Shown piece by piece: positions 9,603 through 18,423 of a stretch of DNA of 64,000 nt. The DNA is from a virus (Duplodnaviria > Heunggongvirae > Uroviricota > Caudoviricetes). The DNA is taken from the IMG/VR virus record IMGVR_UViG_3300029841_000117, positions 26,681 to 90,680 of that record. One strand, 5' to 3'. Position 1 is the first letter of the stretch, and each line of letters begins with the position of its first letter. The position numbers were made by a program, and so were the translations under genes. The notes under the pieces are model-generated. The model did no database searches. It saw only the letters and a list, made by a program, of their open reading frames with translations, and was not told the DNA's origin.

Positions 9603-10916
9603 TTAAAAAGGTGTCTGTGGAATATGCTGTTTCGCCTGTTCATAGAGGATGTGATTTCCATCGAACAGCAAATCTATGTATTCGTCCTGCGTCATCTGCA
9701 TACCATTACGGTTTACAGTTACACGGAGTTTTTTGTTGCCGCACTCAGCACCATCAGCTTCGATTTCCTCTGGGGTTTTATCGGAAATCATTGCAATGGT
9801 TGATGCGTTACGAGCAATTTTTGCACTATCGGCAAGCTTACCGGTAATCGTTGCTTGAGCGGCGCCAATACCAGCAATATTCATCTCACCGCAAATCTGA
9901 TTCTTCACCATATCTACAAATCTGCCAAGCTCTTGGTAGCTGTCAAACGCATCGCCCTCGCCCTTACCCTTGAAGTAATCAACAATAAGAACATCAAGCC
10001 CTTGCGTATGTTTCACCTTATTCACAGCCGTAAAAATGCTCTGTTGGTCAAACATTGGGATATAGATATGTGTGAACTTGCGCGTTTTTAACCATTCCTT
10101 TGCATCCAGAATACGCTTTTCCTCTTCGTCGCTGTAATTGCCAGATGTCAATCGCTTGTACTCAATACCAGATAGGTGTGCCAAGATTCTTGATGTAAAC
10201 AGTCGCGTGTTTAGCTCACTGTCCAGATAGAGGACTGCGTAATCCTGCTTCAGCAAGTCAACTGCACAATTCAAAAGCATCATACTCTTGCCCTGCTTTT
10301 GCTCTGCGCCAAAGATGAACAGTTCTCCACGCTCAATGGTCGCATAATCGTTCAATGCAGGAAACTTAAAGGGAATACCTGCGTATCCAGCGCCTTGCCT
10401 ACCTTTGATTTCTTCCCAGCATTTATCTACGACATCTTTGTATGGCGGGACTTCATTTGTTGCTGAGAACTCCATCATCACATCATCCAGCATCTTGTAG
10501 ATTTTCTGTTCGATGTTTTCTTCGGACGGCTGAGTGCAAAGCTTCTGGCACTCTTTGAGTTGCTGGAAAGTATCCCGCCTAAAAGCCGCATCCATAACAT
10601 TGTTGACAAGCAGCTTGTACTCTTCAACAGTATTTCGAGCAATGCTGTCACTGTTGTCCATCAATGTATAGAGCTGGTCGATGCTGAGCTCATCTGCAAA
10701 ACGCCTTGTTGCTTCTTTAGCGGACAACGCTTGGATAATGTTATACGGGTCAATCGTCGTAATCCCGTCTCGTGCAAGAGAACAAATTGCCTGATAGATG
10801 TAGCGGTTCTCCTCGTTAGTGAAATGGTTTGGCAACAGTTGCTCTGAGTAATATGAGAACTCCGGGTGATGAATCAGCGTAGCGATAATGCCAGCTTCGC
10901 TCTCAACCCTTGCCAT
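9603..10916 (-). CDS. dnaB: Replicative DNA helicase, DnaB family
   Basis: N-terminal DnaB-like helical domain. Walker A GAEQKQGKS in a RecA-like C-terminal domain with the DnaB motif order. Confidence 0.7.
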   Translation of the reverse strand: MARVESEAGIIATLIHHPEFSYYSEQLLPNHFTNEENRYIYQAICSLARDGITTIDPYNIIQALSAKEATRRFADELSIDQLYTLMDNSDSIARNTVEEYKLLVNNVMDAAFRRDTFQQLKECQKLCTQPSEENIEQKIYKMLDDVMMEFSATNEVPPYKDVVDKCWEEIKGRQGAGYAGIPFKFPALNDYATIERGELFIFGAEQKQGKSMMLLNCAVDLLKQDYAVLYLDSELNTRLFTSRILAHLSGIEYKRLTSGNYSDEEEKRILDAKEWLKTRKFTHIYIPMFDQQSIFTAVNKVKHTQGLDVLIVDYFKGKGEGDAFDSYQELGRFVDMVKNQICGEMNIAGIGAAQATITGKLADSAKIARNASTIAMISDKTPEEIEADGAECGNKKLRVTVNRNGMQMTQDEYIDLLFDGNHILYEQAKQHIPQTPF

Positions 10917-10940
10917 GTCTTCACTTGCCCTAATAATTCA

Positions 10941-11726
10941 TCACCTCTTTCTCATCAACTCGTAATACTCACACATATCCTGCATCTCACACAGGTGTGT
11001 GCATTTGAAAAACTCTACTGATGGTTTGAAATCTGATTCCTCACGAATCTTTCCGATGCTCTTTGCAAGCCATTCTTTAGATTCGGCGTATGCCTGTTCC
11101 TTAAATGGCTCTATGATAAACAGCTTATCTCTAAAACAGTTGAAGCAAAGACTCTTTGGCGTCTTACCATATTCTTCTTCAACTGCCGCAGAGTAGATAT
11201 AAAGCTGTCTTAAATAAGCATCCAACTCTTCGTCAGCCTTAGTTGGTTTTGCTCTGCTGCTTCGTGGTTTCAAAATCCTCGACTTGTTGTCTACGACATA
11301 TAGGTCACCATCTTTTTCCCCAAGGAAGTCTATGTAACCAACAAACGGGATACCGTTTACTACGAAGTCAACTTTCTTTTCGACACCAACCATGCCATAC
11401 GGGAATGGCTGAAGTGCTTTAAGATATTGCAAGCCGCCAGTAAAGTAACTACTGAACACCTTCCTGTTTGGAGCACGTCCCACAACTTCAGTTTTGAAGT
11501 CTTGCAAGTACATATCGACAATCTGCCTTGGCGTTTTTTCACCTTTGTGATACAACTCAATAAGCTTGTGCATAAAAGTACCATAGCTTGAAAAGAACAT
11601 ATCCTTACCATGAAACTTCTTTATGTACTTCAAGTACCACCTATACGGGCAATCCTCAAAAGCCTTTATTCGTGAGTAGCTCCACACCATGTCATCAATG
11701 AGTGGTGCGTAGTTTACTTCTCCCAT
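10941..11726 (-). CDS. Cas4/RecB-like PD-(D/E)xK exonuclease with C-terminal Fe-S cysteines
   Basis: YSRIKAFEDCPYRWYLKY, GYIDFLGEKDGDLYVVDNKS (D..D.K) and a C-terminal cysteine cluster (CFNCF ... CTHLCEMQDMCEYY) with a spacing typical of Cas4-like nucleases. Confidence 0.6.
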   Translation of the reverse strand: MGEVNYAPLIDDMVWSYSRIKAFEDCPYRWYLKYIKKFHGKDMFFSSYGTFMHKLIELYHKGEKTPRQIVDMYLQDFKTEVVGRAPNRKVFSSYFTGGLQYLKALQPFPYGMVGVEKKVDFVVNGIPFVGYIDFLGEKDGDLYVVDNKSRILKPRSSRAKPTKADEELDAYLRQLYIYSAAVEEEYGKTPKSLCFNCFRDKLFIIEPFKEQAYAESKEWLAKSIGKIREESDFKPSVEFFKCTHLCEMQDMCEYYELMRKR

Positions 11727-11737
11727 AGGCGATTACC

Positions 11738-12109
11738 TTAGAATGGCAACCGGCTGTCATCAATTTCGCCATCATCAACCGTAGGCTGAGGGTCTGTGGT
11801 TTGAGAGCTACTCTCGTCGCCCTCAACTTCAAAGGAGAACATCTTGAAGTTGGTGTACGTCACCTTTTTCTCCTTGTCGTACTTTGTCGTGACATCAACG
11901 TCTCCAAGCTTAATACGCTCGCCCTCTTTCAGACAAGCAGCTTTCTTTGCCGCCGCAGTCCCAATGGCAAGAACAAAACCAGAAAAGTCTTGCTCGTACT
12001 CATTGGTCTGCTTGTTCTTTCTGCTGACCGACAACCGAACCTTTGTGCTCGTGTCGCTCATGGGAGTTACTTCCCAAATTTTTGCATAGGCACCTGTACG
12101 AAAACCCAT
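11738..12109 (-). CDS. ssb: Single-stranded DNA-binding protein
   Basis: OB-fold-sized protein with an acidic C-terminal tail ending DDGEIDDSRLPF, like the SSB DDDIPF tail. Confidence 0.6.
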   Translation of the reverse strand: MGFRTGAYAKIWEVTPMSDTSTKVRLSVSRKNKQTNEYEQDFSGFVLAIGTAAAKKAACLKEGERIKLGDVDVTTKYDKEKKVTYTNFKMFSFEVEGDESSSQTTDPQPTVDDGEIDDSRLPF

Positions 12110-12115
12110 AGTGTA

Positions 12116-12811
12116 TCACTCCTCAATCTTAAACGTTTCCTTGAAATCCGACAGAAGTTTTCCTGCCAACACGGACTCTGTAATTGCAAAGTAGTTGCCG
12201 CCCTTTGCGTACTTGGATACAAACTTTTTAACATCGTCTGTTTTATCCTTATGCACACTGAGATACTCTTTCAGTGTCTCATCAAAACTCTGAATGATTT
12301 GCTCGGCAATCATTTTGTCCTCTGCTGTTTCCGCCGCTCTCTGCTTGCTACGGAATGCATCAGGGTCTGCATCAGGTGTAGCAATATTGAAGAACTTGAG
12401 CAGGAAATAACGATTCGAATATGTCAAACCAGAGCCAAATGCCTGAGAAGCATCTCCCTGTTGCCCAACAAGCGCCCACTCAACATCGATACGCTCTTCC
12501 GGGTTGTCGTTATCAACCCAAGACCACATCATATCTGCGCTAACCAAGACCTCGTTGTTGTTTTCTTCATAGATATCACCCTTGCCGGTAGTCTTGGTCT
12601 TTTTGTATGTATATGGGGACACAATTGTGCTGCCCTGCTTGATATTCGGAATCAGAGACAGACCATACTTGTCCATAAATACCGAGATTTTTGCGAGAAT
12701 CTCATCCTCGGAAACATACTTGTAACCGTAGCCACTCTTGTTCTTCTGGATGACCTCCACTTGCTTTCTGATTCTGGCAAGTTTCTGATAAATGTTCATC
12801 TGTTCTGCCAT
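12116..12811 (-). CDS. erf: ERF-family single-strand annealing recombinase
   Basis: N-terminus MNIYQKLARIRKQVEVIQKNKSGYGYKYVSEDEILAKI is typical of ERF proteins. Confidence 0.6.
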   Translation of the reverse strand: MAEQMNIYQKLARIRKQVEVIQKNKSGYGYKYVSEDEILAKISVFMDKYGLSLIPNIKQGSTIVSPYTYKKTKTTGKGDIYEENNNEVLVSADMMWSWVDNDNPEERIDVEWALVGQQGDASQAFGSGLTYSNRYFLLKFFNIATPDADPDAFRSKQRAAETAEDKMIAEQIIQSFDETLKEYLSVHKDKTDDVKKFVSKYAKGGNYFAITESVLAGKLLSDFKETFKIEE

Positions 12812-12812
12812 T

Positions 12813-13391
12813 TCACCCCTCCATTAAATATGTCGCTCCCATGTCGGCAAGATGCAACAGGAGCGCCAGTTTGCTACGCTCAAAAATCTTACCAATGAAA
12901 GCGTTACCACCTTTTACTGCGGTGTCCCAACCGCCCATGTGGGCACGAATTGCCAAGATTTCTTCTGGCTCAAGGCGAATGAAATTCTGAAGGATGATAA
13001 TAGACTTATCTGCGTGTTCTCCACAGGGAAATTTTTCATCAACCTCATAAACCTCTTTTTTATACCACTGCCCAGTCTCTTCATCTTTGACATTCCGAAA
13101 GCCCTTTTTGTAGTAGTTGACTTTACAAAGGTCGTGCATCAAAGAAACAATTGCGATTGTTTCCTCGCTATAGGTGCCTTGTAGTCCGGCTGCCTCGATT
13201 CCGATTTTCAAACAATCATAAACATTAAGAGAGTGTTGCAAAAGCCCACCCTCATAGCATCCATGATACCTTGTCGAAGCCGGTGCCACGAAGAAATCAG
13301 AATGTTCGAGCCAGTCCAGTAAAGAATCCGAACCCTCTCGCGTAACTGTTTCCTTGTAGACCGCGAGGAATCTTTCCTTTAATTCGCTCAA
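12813..13391 (-). CDS. HD-domain phosphohydrolase (YfbR-like deoxynucleotidase family)
   Basis: H..H...HD pattern (RYHGCYEGGLLQHSLNV ... LMHDLCK). Confidence 0.55.
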   Translation of the reverse strand: MSELKERFLAVYKETVTREGSDSLLDWLEHSDFFVAPASTRYHGCYEGGLLQHSLNVYDCLKIGIEAAGLQGTYSEETIAIVSLMHDLCKVNYYKKGFRNVKDEETGQWYKKEVYEVDEKFPCGEHADKSIIILQNFIRLEPEEILAIRAHMGGWDTAVKGGNAFIGKIFERSKLALLLHLADMGATYLMEG

Positions 13392-13403
13392 TGAATCTCC
13401 TCC

Positions 13404-13679
13404 TTAATCAACGCACAACAGCTTGGCGAAGTTCTGCATGATTTTTTCATTCTTGTCGTGAGTGGTGCTGAGGCTGCTGCGAGTATCATTCAACCGCTGC
13501 ATATATGTATCGATTTCATCCATCGTGGTCTGGATGTCACTGTTGACCGCTTGCAGATTATCAATGGTGTTCTGAACCATCTGAACCGCATATGCGGACT
13601 CTTCTGTCAATTCAGCCAGACGCTTTTCCTTTTCCTGCAGCAAGTCCAATGCCTCTTGCTTTGTCTTCTTGAAAGCCAT
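13404..13679 (-). CDS. Hypothetical coiled-coil protein
   Basis: ORF preceded by RBS AAAGGAG. Helical, low-complexity sequence. Confidence 0.35.
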   Translation of the reverse strand: MAFKKTKQEALDLLQEKEKRLAELTEESAYAVQMVQNTIDNLQAVNSDIQTTMDEIDTYMQRLNDTRSSLSTTHDKNEKIMQNFAKLLCVD

Positions 13680-13744
13680 ACACTTTCTCCTTTCTTTCCA
13701 GATTTATACCTAAGCCGTTCGGCGATGTATGTTATTTAATTATG

Positions 13745-13769
13745 TTGATATATGTAAAAGAGAAACCCA
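13745..13769 (-). terminator. Rho-independent terminator
   Basis: Minus strand CCCACAGAAGTGGG followed by TTTCTCTTTT, 30 nt after the stop of the 13799..14749 gene. Confidence 0.45.
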
Positions 13770-13798
13770 CTTCTGTGGGAATCTCTTCATTCGCTTCG

Positions 13799-14749
13799 TT
13801 AGATTGAAAACGCCAGCTTCCAACGCTGATAATCTTCCATATAATTTTTTTCTATGCGGTTCTGCTTGTGCTCCAACTTGATTCTTCCGTTGAGCACATA
13901 AGTTCTGTCAGCGACAAAGTCTGTTGCTGCTTCTGAGAAATCGACCGGAATACCAGCTCGTTCTCTATCGTACATTCTGTAGAATAACCCTGACATCCAT
14001 ACTCTGTAGAAACTAAGTTGTTGCTGGGTGAGTCCATCTTCAATGGCTTTTGCTGATTTCTTAGATAAAATTGAACGAAGTGTCGCGGTCTTTTTTACTG
14101 CGCGAATACCACGCATCAAAGTATCGCCAGAAACTCTATCTCGTGTAATCGTTCGAGAGTAATTGGGATTCTTGTAGCAGAAGCTATTGAGTTCTGCTGC
14201 TTTATGGAACGCTGGCAGTGCTTCACGATAAAGCGGGACGTGCGTATCTTGATAGACAATTTCCATGTTGGCGAAGTCAATATCAGACGCTCTTACGAGA
14301 AGTGTATCATCTTCTTTGATGCCACCAAAAGCCATCCAATAATAACAACGGTAGGTGACATCGATTGTCTCTTCGCTCTCTTTGTCAAAGACCTCATCAA
14401 GAACACGTTGAAGATGGAGTGGGCTTGAGACCATCTGCCGCCTAACTTTTGCTAACCCCGCCGCCTCAATATTAAGCATCCCATCGCAAGCGTCTGGAAC
14501 CTTCATGGCAATACACCATTTTACATACTCTTTTAATATCGTGAGAGACATCCACTGGCTTCTGGAGCGCAGTGCAAGTATCTCATCGATAGCTGGCTGC
14601 AGTTCTTCTCTGTCTCTTGTACAGAGGTCTGCATTCCACGAAGTTTCATACGGTTCAAACGCTTCGAAAACTGTTGTGGCAACGTTAGCCGTGTTGATAC
14701 TCTTGGTATAGTCCTTAACGAATCTTGACTTTAACTCCGCATTGTACAT
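13799..14749 (-). CDS. Hypothetical protein, possibly a divergent tyrosine-recombinase/integrase-like protein
   Basis: RASDIDFANMEI ... THVPLYREALPAF loosely recalls the integrase catalytic-domain blocks (DIDL... TRTVPL). The HxxR and Y motifs are not convincing. Confidence 0.3.
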   Translation of the reverse strand: MYNAELKSRFVKDYTKSINTANVATTVFEAFEPYETSWNADLCTRDREELQPAIDEILALRSRSQWMSLTILKEYVKWCIAMKVPDACDGMLNIEAAGLAKVRRQMVSSPLHLQRVLDEVFDKESEETIDVTYRCYYWMAFGGIKEDDTLLVRASDIDFANMEIVYQDTHVPLYREALPAFHKAAELNSFCYKNPNYSRTITRDRVSGDTLMRGIRAVKKTATLRSILSKKSAKAIEDGLTQQQLSFYRVWMSGLFYRMYDRERAGIPVDFSEAATDFVADRTYVLNGRIKLEHKQNRIEKNYMEDYQRWKLAFSI

Positions 14750-14776
14750 AGCGAGCCTCCTACTTAGTATGTAGCA

Positions 14777-15214
14777 TTATGCTGGTACAACAGCGTTTAG
14801 GGCTGCGGCTTTCTTCCACACAGCAAGCAGCGCTTCGATGTCCAGATAGGCGATTGCACCCGTCGCCAGCAAGTTTGCTTCGGCAACTTGCTTCATGTGC
14901 TCCTCTGACAACGTAGTGATGTACTGCCCGAGGCGTTCTTTAGACATACGCTCTGGGTTTTCGCAAAGAACCATGCTGTCTCTGCGAAGCCCACTATCTG
15001 CTGCTTTGATGATAACGTGTGTAGGTTGGTTCGTCTTTTTGAGCGAACTGGTAAGTGGGAGTGCGATGATGTTGGGGCTGTATGCATTCCCCATGTTGTT
15101 CTGGAAGACGACGCCCGGACGCCAACCACTCTGTTCGCTGCCACTGCCACCGAACTTCATCAAATACACTTCACCAATCTGCGGAACCCGCTCTTTGTTA
15201 TTCTGAAAACCCAA
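14777..15214 (-). CDS. MazF/PemK-family toxin (mRNA interferase) with ~40-aa C-terminal extension
   Basis: ERVPQIGEVYLMKFGGSGSEQSGWRPGVVFQNNMGNAYSPNIIALPLTSS...THVII...SMVLCENPERMSKERL aligns across MazF (RYVPDMGDLIWVDFDPTKGSEQAGHRPAVVLSP...CLCVPCTTQ...). The track ORF starts at ATG 15283, but a TTGACT-18-TATACT promoter overlaps that ATG, so a TTG at 15214 with AAGGGG 9 nt upstream is the likelier start. Confidence 0.6.
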   Translation of the reverse strand: MGFQNNKERVPQIGEVYLMKFGGSGSEQSGWRPGVVFQNNMGNAYSPNIIALPLTSSLKKTNQPTHVIIKAADSGLRRDSMVLCENPERMSKERLGQYITTLSEEHMKQVAEANLLATGAIAYLDIEALLAVWKKAAALNAVVPA

Positions 15215-15253
15215 TATGCTAAACCCCTTAAATACAATTATGTTGATGTTTGG

Positions 15254-15283
15254 AGTATAGCACGTCCAATATGGCAGAGTCAA
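15254..15283 (-). promoter_or_regulatory. Sigma70-like promoter (-35 TTGACT, 18-nt spacer, -10 TATACT) for the MazF-like gene
   Basis: Read directly from the minus strand. Lies inside the long-ORF N-terminus, which supports the downstream TTG start. Confidence 0.45.
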
Positions 15284-15313
15284 GTCAATTATATAAACAA
15301 CATCAAAAAATAT

Positions 15314-15637
15314 TTAACCGGCTAACAAGGTGTAGGTGATTTCTTGTTCTTTGTCGTTTCTACCTCCACAAAAAACTGTGAAAACAGTTCCAATCACGGT
15401 CATTTCAGTGTCTATCTCGACACAACGTACTCGGTCAAAACATAAGGTATTTGCTCCAGATTTCAAGCAAATCATATTGGGGTTCTCGCATATCAACATA
15501 ACCGGGAATGATAACTTGAATTTGCATGGGTCTGAGACGCAATACCAACTCTGGTTCTCTGTGTAAAAGGAAATCTGCTGAGGCTTATGGTTTTCACAAT
15601 ACTCTTTAAGTTCCTTGACTGAGACTATCTTCTTCAT
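15314..15637 (-). CDS. Hypothetical Cys-rich protein; first gene of the leftward operon of the switch region
   Basis: ATG at 15637 preceded by GGAGG. No recognisable domain; not MazE/AbrB-like. Confidence 0.45.
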   Translation of the reverse strand: MKKIVSVKELKEYCENHKPQQISFYTENQSWYCVSDPCKFKLSFPVMLICENPNMICLKSGANTLCFDRVRCVEIDTEMTVIGTVFTVFCGGRNDKEQEITYTLLAG

Positions 15638-15656
15638 CCTGTAGTAAAAACCTCCA

Positions 15657-15685
15657 TTGATTTACGAGAAATCCCGTGTTATACT
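15657..15685 (+). promoter_or_regulatory. Sigma70-like promoter TTGATT-17-TATACT reading rightwards into a non-coding segment
   Basis: Near-consensus hexamers with a 17-nt spacer. Only a 6-codon ORF lies downstream. Confidence 0.5.
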
Positions 15686-15691
15686 ACAAGT

Positions 15692-15826
15692 GAGTCATTG
15701 CTGAGTGGTGTCAACGATGACTTCGACCTGTCGTTAACGGGTCGTTGCACGCTGTTATTACGTTGGTGTTCATGGCAGTGTGCGTTTTGTGGTAGCTCGT
15801 CTATATTGGCGAGCTACCTTTTTTAA
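15692..15826 (+). ncRNA. Candidate ~135-nt small RNA between the promoter at 15657 and the terminator at 15792
   Basis: Bounded by a strong promoter and an intrinsic terminator. No meaningful ORF. Confidence 0.35.
15792..15826 (+). terminator. Rho-independent terminator
   Basis: GTAGCTCG-tctatattgg-CGAGCTAC hairpin followed by CTTTTTT. Confidence 0.5.
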
Positions 15827-15829
15827 TTA

Positions 15830-15877
15830 TTGACAGAAACAGTTGTTTGTGTTAATCTGTCAATAGAAACAGTTGTT
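15830..15877 (+). promoter_or_regulatory. Repressor promoter (TTGACA-17-TAATCT) overlapped by two direct repeats AGAAACAGTTGTT (15835-15847, 15865-15877) as putative operators
   Basis: Read directly from the sequence. A third tgtcaac half-site occurs at 15908-15915. Confidence 0.5.
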
Positions 15878-15951
15878 GCGGTTTTATGCTACCACAAACA
15901 CAGTGGTCTGTCAACATCAAAACTTGGGCTATTTTTTTGGAGGACTTTAAC

Positions 15952-16755
15952 ATGGACTTCGGGCAGAGGCTAAAGAGCCTTCGTGCAGAACGGAACCTCA
16001 CACAGCAAAATCTTGGAGATGCAGTAGGTGTTTCCACGGTTACAATTCGCGCTTGGGAACGCAACGCTAAGAAACCCGCAATGGATGCGCTGCTTTCTCT
16101 CGGGCGGGCTCTCAATATATCGATAGACACGCTACTGGACTTCCATTTGGAGAACACACCAAACTACGCTTTGGTTCTCACTCCTGCCGAAAAAAAACTT
16201 TTGTCCAGCTATCAAGCTCTTGACAACTATGGCAAAAAAGCAGTTGACGCAATCTGTGTACTTGAGAAGGAAAGGGTCGATGCCGCTAAAACAATTCGTG
16301 TCATTCCAAAGGTCATAGATTTTCAGCAGGTCAACAGCGAGCGATTCATTCCACGCTATACTACTCCATCTGCTGCCGGTAGCTCTGTACCTCTCGACGG
16401 GGTTGACTTCGAGATGATTCTTGTTGATAGCTCCGTACCAGAGGAAGCAGACTACGCTGTTTATATCCAAGGTAACAGTATGTACCCATATATACATGAT
16501 GGTGATATGGTATATGTAAAAAAAGACGCAGAGCTTTCAGTTGGAGATGTTGGCATCTTCTGTGTCGATGGAGCAATGTATTGTAAGCAATACTATCTTG
16601 ATGATAATAACAATCTGGTTTTGGTTTCTGCAAACCCAGAGCTTCGCCATACAAACATCTTCGTCTCAGCCGACAGCGGACGTTCTGTAAAAGCCTGCGG
16701 TAAGGTGCTGCTGAAAGAAAAAATTGACCTTCCAGATTATTTGTTTGAGGATTGA
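15952..16755 (+). CDS. CI/LexA-like repressor: N-terminal XRE helix-turn-helix + C-terminal S24 peptidase domain
   Basis: HTH block QRLKSLRAERNLTQQNLGDAVGVSTVTIRAWERN. S24 motifs GNSMYP (Ser) and AMYCKQY (Lys). The real start is ATG 15952 with GGAGG 8 nt upstream (the track ORF begins at an upstream in-frame Met). Confidence 0.75.
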   Translation: MDFGQRLKSLRAERNLTQQNLGDAVGVSTVTIRAWERNAKKPAMDALLSLGRALNISIDTLLDFHLENTPNYALVLTPAEKKLLSSYQALDNYGKKAVDAICVLEKERVDAAKTIRVIPKVIDFQQVNSERFIPRYTTPSAAGSSVPLDGVDFEMILVDSSVPEEADYAVYIQGNSMYPYIHDGDMVYVKKDAELSVGDVGIFCVDGAMYCKQYYLDDNNNLVLVSANPELRHTNIFVSADSGRSVKACGKVLLKEKIDLPDYLFED

Positions 16756-16784
16756 AAAAGTAGGGCTCACGCCCTACTTTTTTA
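16756..16784 (+). terminator. Bidirectional rho-independent terminator
   Basis: aaaaag-GTAGGGC-tcac-GCCCTAC-ttttttat. Serves the repressor gene, and the leftward gene ending at 16782 on the other strand. Confidence 0.6.
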
Positions 16785-17369
16785 TAATTCCCAATGGATA
16801 TTACCTGCTCCATATTTACCGATTGATGGAACAATAAACTCATTTGGCACCCCATGCTCCTTTATAGCTTTCGCACACCAGATAAGAACATACGCCGTCA
16901 ATGGAGAGTCTGCTGAGATACCACTTGATATTACACTGGGGCTGTAAGACGCGCTTCTGTCTGCGTCATAGTCCAAAATCTTCCCGCGCTTTGCCATCAT
17001 AATTCTAAGCGCGTTTTCTGAATTCTTCATACATACTTCTCGCTGGACTTGCTCGTGATACTCTGGCGTCCATCCTGCTTTTGGTTTGCACCACCGTTCT
17101 TTTGGAAACAACTCGCAAAGTTGCTTACCGGCGAAGATTCCCTCATATACAGGAGCAACTTCCTCAGAAACTTGTTCTTTATTGTCTGGATTATGGATAA
17201 AGCTTTTCAGTCGCTGCTCAAGGCTGCGGTCTGTCACTACACTTTTCCACTCCGAAATTACCTGCTGTTTCTTGTCATACGCCTTTCGAGTGTTCCTCAC
17301 TGCGTTTTTATCTGACCCAAATTTAATGAGCAAGATAACTCCGAGAATCACAGCAATCACAAGTTCCAT
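16782..17369 (-). CDS. Membrane-anchored hypothetical protein (N-terminal TM helix)
   Basis: Hydrophobic N-terminus MELVIAVILGVILLIKF. No catalytic motif. Confidence 0.45.
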   Translation of the reverse strand: MELVIAVILGVILLIKFGSDKNAVRNTRKAYDKKQQVISEWKSVVTDRSLEQRLKSFIHNPDNKEQVSEEVAPVYEGIFAGKQLCELFPKERWCKPKAGWTPEYHEQVQREVCMKNSENALRIMMAKRGKILDYDADRSASYSPSVISSGISADSPLTAYVLIWCAKAIKEHGVPNEFIVPSIGKYGAGNIHWEL

Positions 17370-17384
17370 AAAGCCACCACTACA

Positions 17385-17615
17385 TCAGCCTAACGCAGAC
17401 TGGATATGTCCTTTCGCATCATCAATCTTTTCGAGCGCATCACTGAGACTATCAACCGCATCTTCCATACGCTCAAACTTCTCTGTTCCTTGCAAGTTTT
17501 CAGGATAGTTATCCATACAGTCTTGCTCACTGTCGCAGACTGTTTCCACAATGGATGCAGCATTGCTCAGCATTTTCAAGGCGTCTCTTAGCCGCCCTCT
17601 TCTTTTCTCATTCAC
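17385..17615 (-). CDS. Hypothetical small protein
   Basis: ORF in the minus-strand array. Confidence 0.3.
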   Translation of the reverse strand: MNEKRRGRLRDALKMLSNAASIVETVCDSEQDCMDNYPENLQGTEKFERMEDAVDSLSDALEKIDDAKGHIQSALG

Positions 17616-17967
17616 TCATACGCTCCCATACATTCGAAATGTTCAACTCAATTTTGATGAACTCTCGACCCTGCTTTGAAAAGCTAAAAGAGTTCAGTTT
17701 CGTAATTAGCTTGAAGAACCCGTTGGTTCTTCCCCCGTGAAGCTCAAGCTCATCACACACAATGACAATACGGAGTGTCTTTGTTTTTTCTTCAATATCT
17801 GCATGGACACTTTCGCATTCAATTTCAGATACCAACTCATCCACGCCATCACAAATCTCATCGATTTTAGAAAGCATTTCTTCTGAAATCTTATAGTCGC
17901 GTCCAAAGACCTTAGAACCATCGCTAATCAACTCCATGACGGAGTCTTTGCAAGTTGTGTACTCCAT
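17608..17967 (-). CDS. Hypothetical protein
   Basis: ORF in the minus-strand array. Confidence 0.35.
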   Translation of the reverse strand: MEYTTCKDSVMELISDGSKVFGRDYKISEEMLSKIDEICDGVDELVSEIECESVHADIEEKTKTLRIVIVCDELELHGGRTNGFFKLITKLNSFSFSKQGREFIKIELNISNVWERMSE

Positions 17968-17979
17968 TCCAGCCTCCTC

Positions 17980-18369
17980 TTATTCAATCGGTTTAGTGAG
18001 ACCGTGGAATGTAAATGTCAAACGGACTCGGTTCTTAACCAATGGATAGACCTCCATGTTGTTTGCAAACTCTGCTACTCTCGCAAACCACTCCGGTTTG
18101 TCAAAAGCCAGCGTCTCTCCCTCGACACTGATGCTCCCCATCGTTTTGAACGGTGTATTTAATTTGTAGGAAACTTCAACGTCAGAATCCCTTGTAATGT
18201 ATTTTAGTGCCGCATGAGCAAACTGCATCTGCTGCAGCTTCATCGGATTCAAAACCGTTGTCTTTTCTTCATCTGCTGCGACATCGTCCTTAACGCTATC
18301 GATGAACTCATCCATTGCGTTTCGCAGCTCCTCGTCTGACATAAACTTCAAGTCAAAGCCGTTATCCAT
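17980..18369 (-). CDS. Hypothetical protein
   Basis: ORF in the minus-strand array. Confidence 0.4.
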   Translation of the reverse strand: MDNGFDLKFMSDEELRNAMDEFIDSVKDDVAADEEKTTVLNPMKLQQMQFAHAALKYITRDSDVEVSYKLNTPFKTMGSISVEGETLAFDKPEWFARVAEFANNMEVYPLVKNRVRLTFTFHGLTKPIE

Positions 18370-18423
18370 TTGACCACTCCTTCAATTCAATTCTATCACA
18401 AAGATACAGATTATCAAGGCAAA

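Noticed and set aside
11801-12898. 365-aa plus-strand ORF and other long plus-strand ORFs inside dnaE, ERF, SSB and rtcB regions
   Set aside because: They lie antisense to well-supported minus-strand genes with recognisable domains, and have low-complexity Leu/Cys-rich translations and no RBS.
14777-15283. ATG at 15283 as the MazF-like start
   Set aside because: A TTGACT-18-TATACT promoter overlaps this ATG, and the conserved MazF N-terminus begins about 30 codons later. A TTG with an RBS at 15214 fits better. The alternative cannot be fully excluded.
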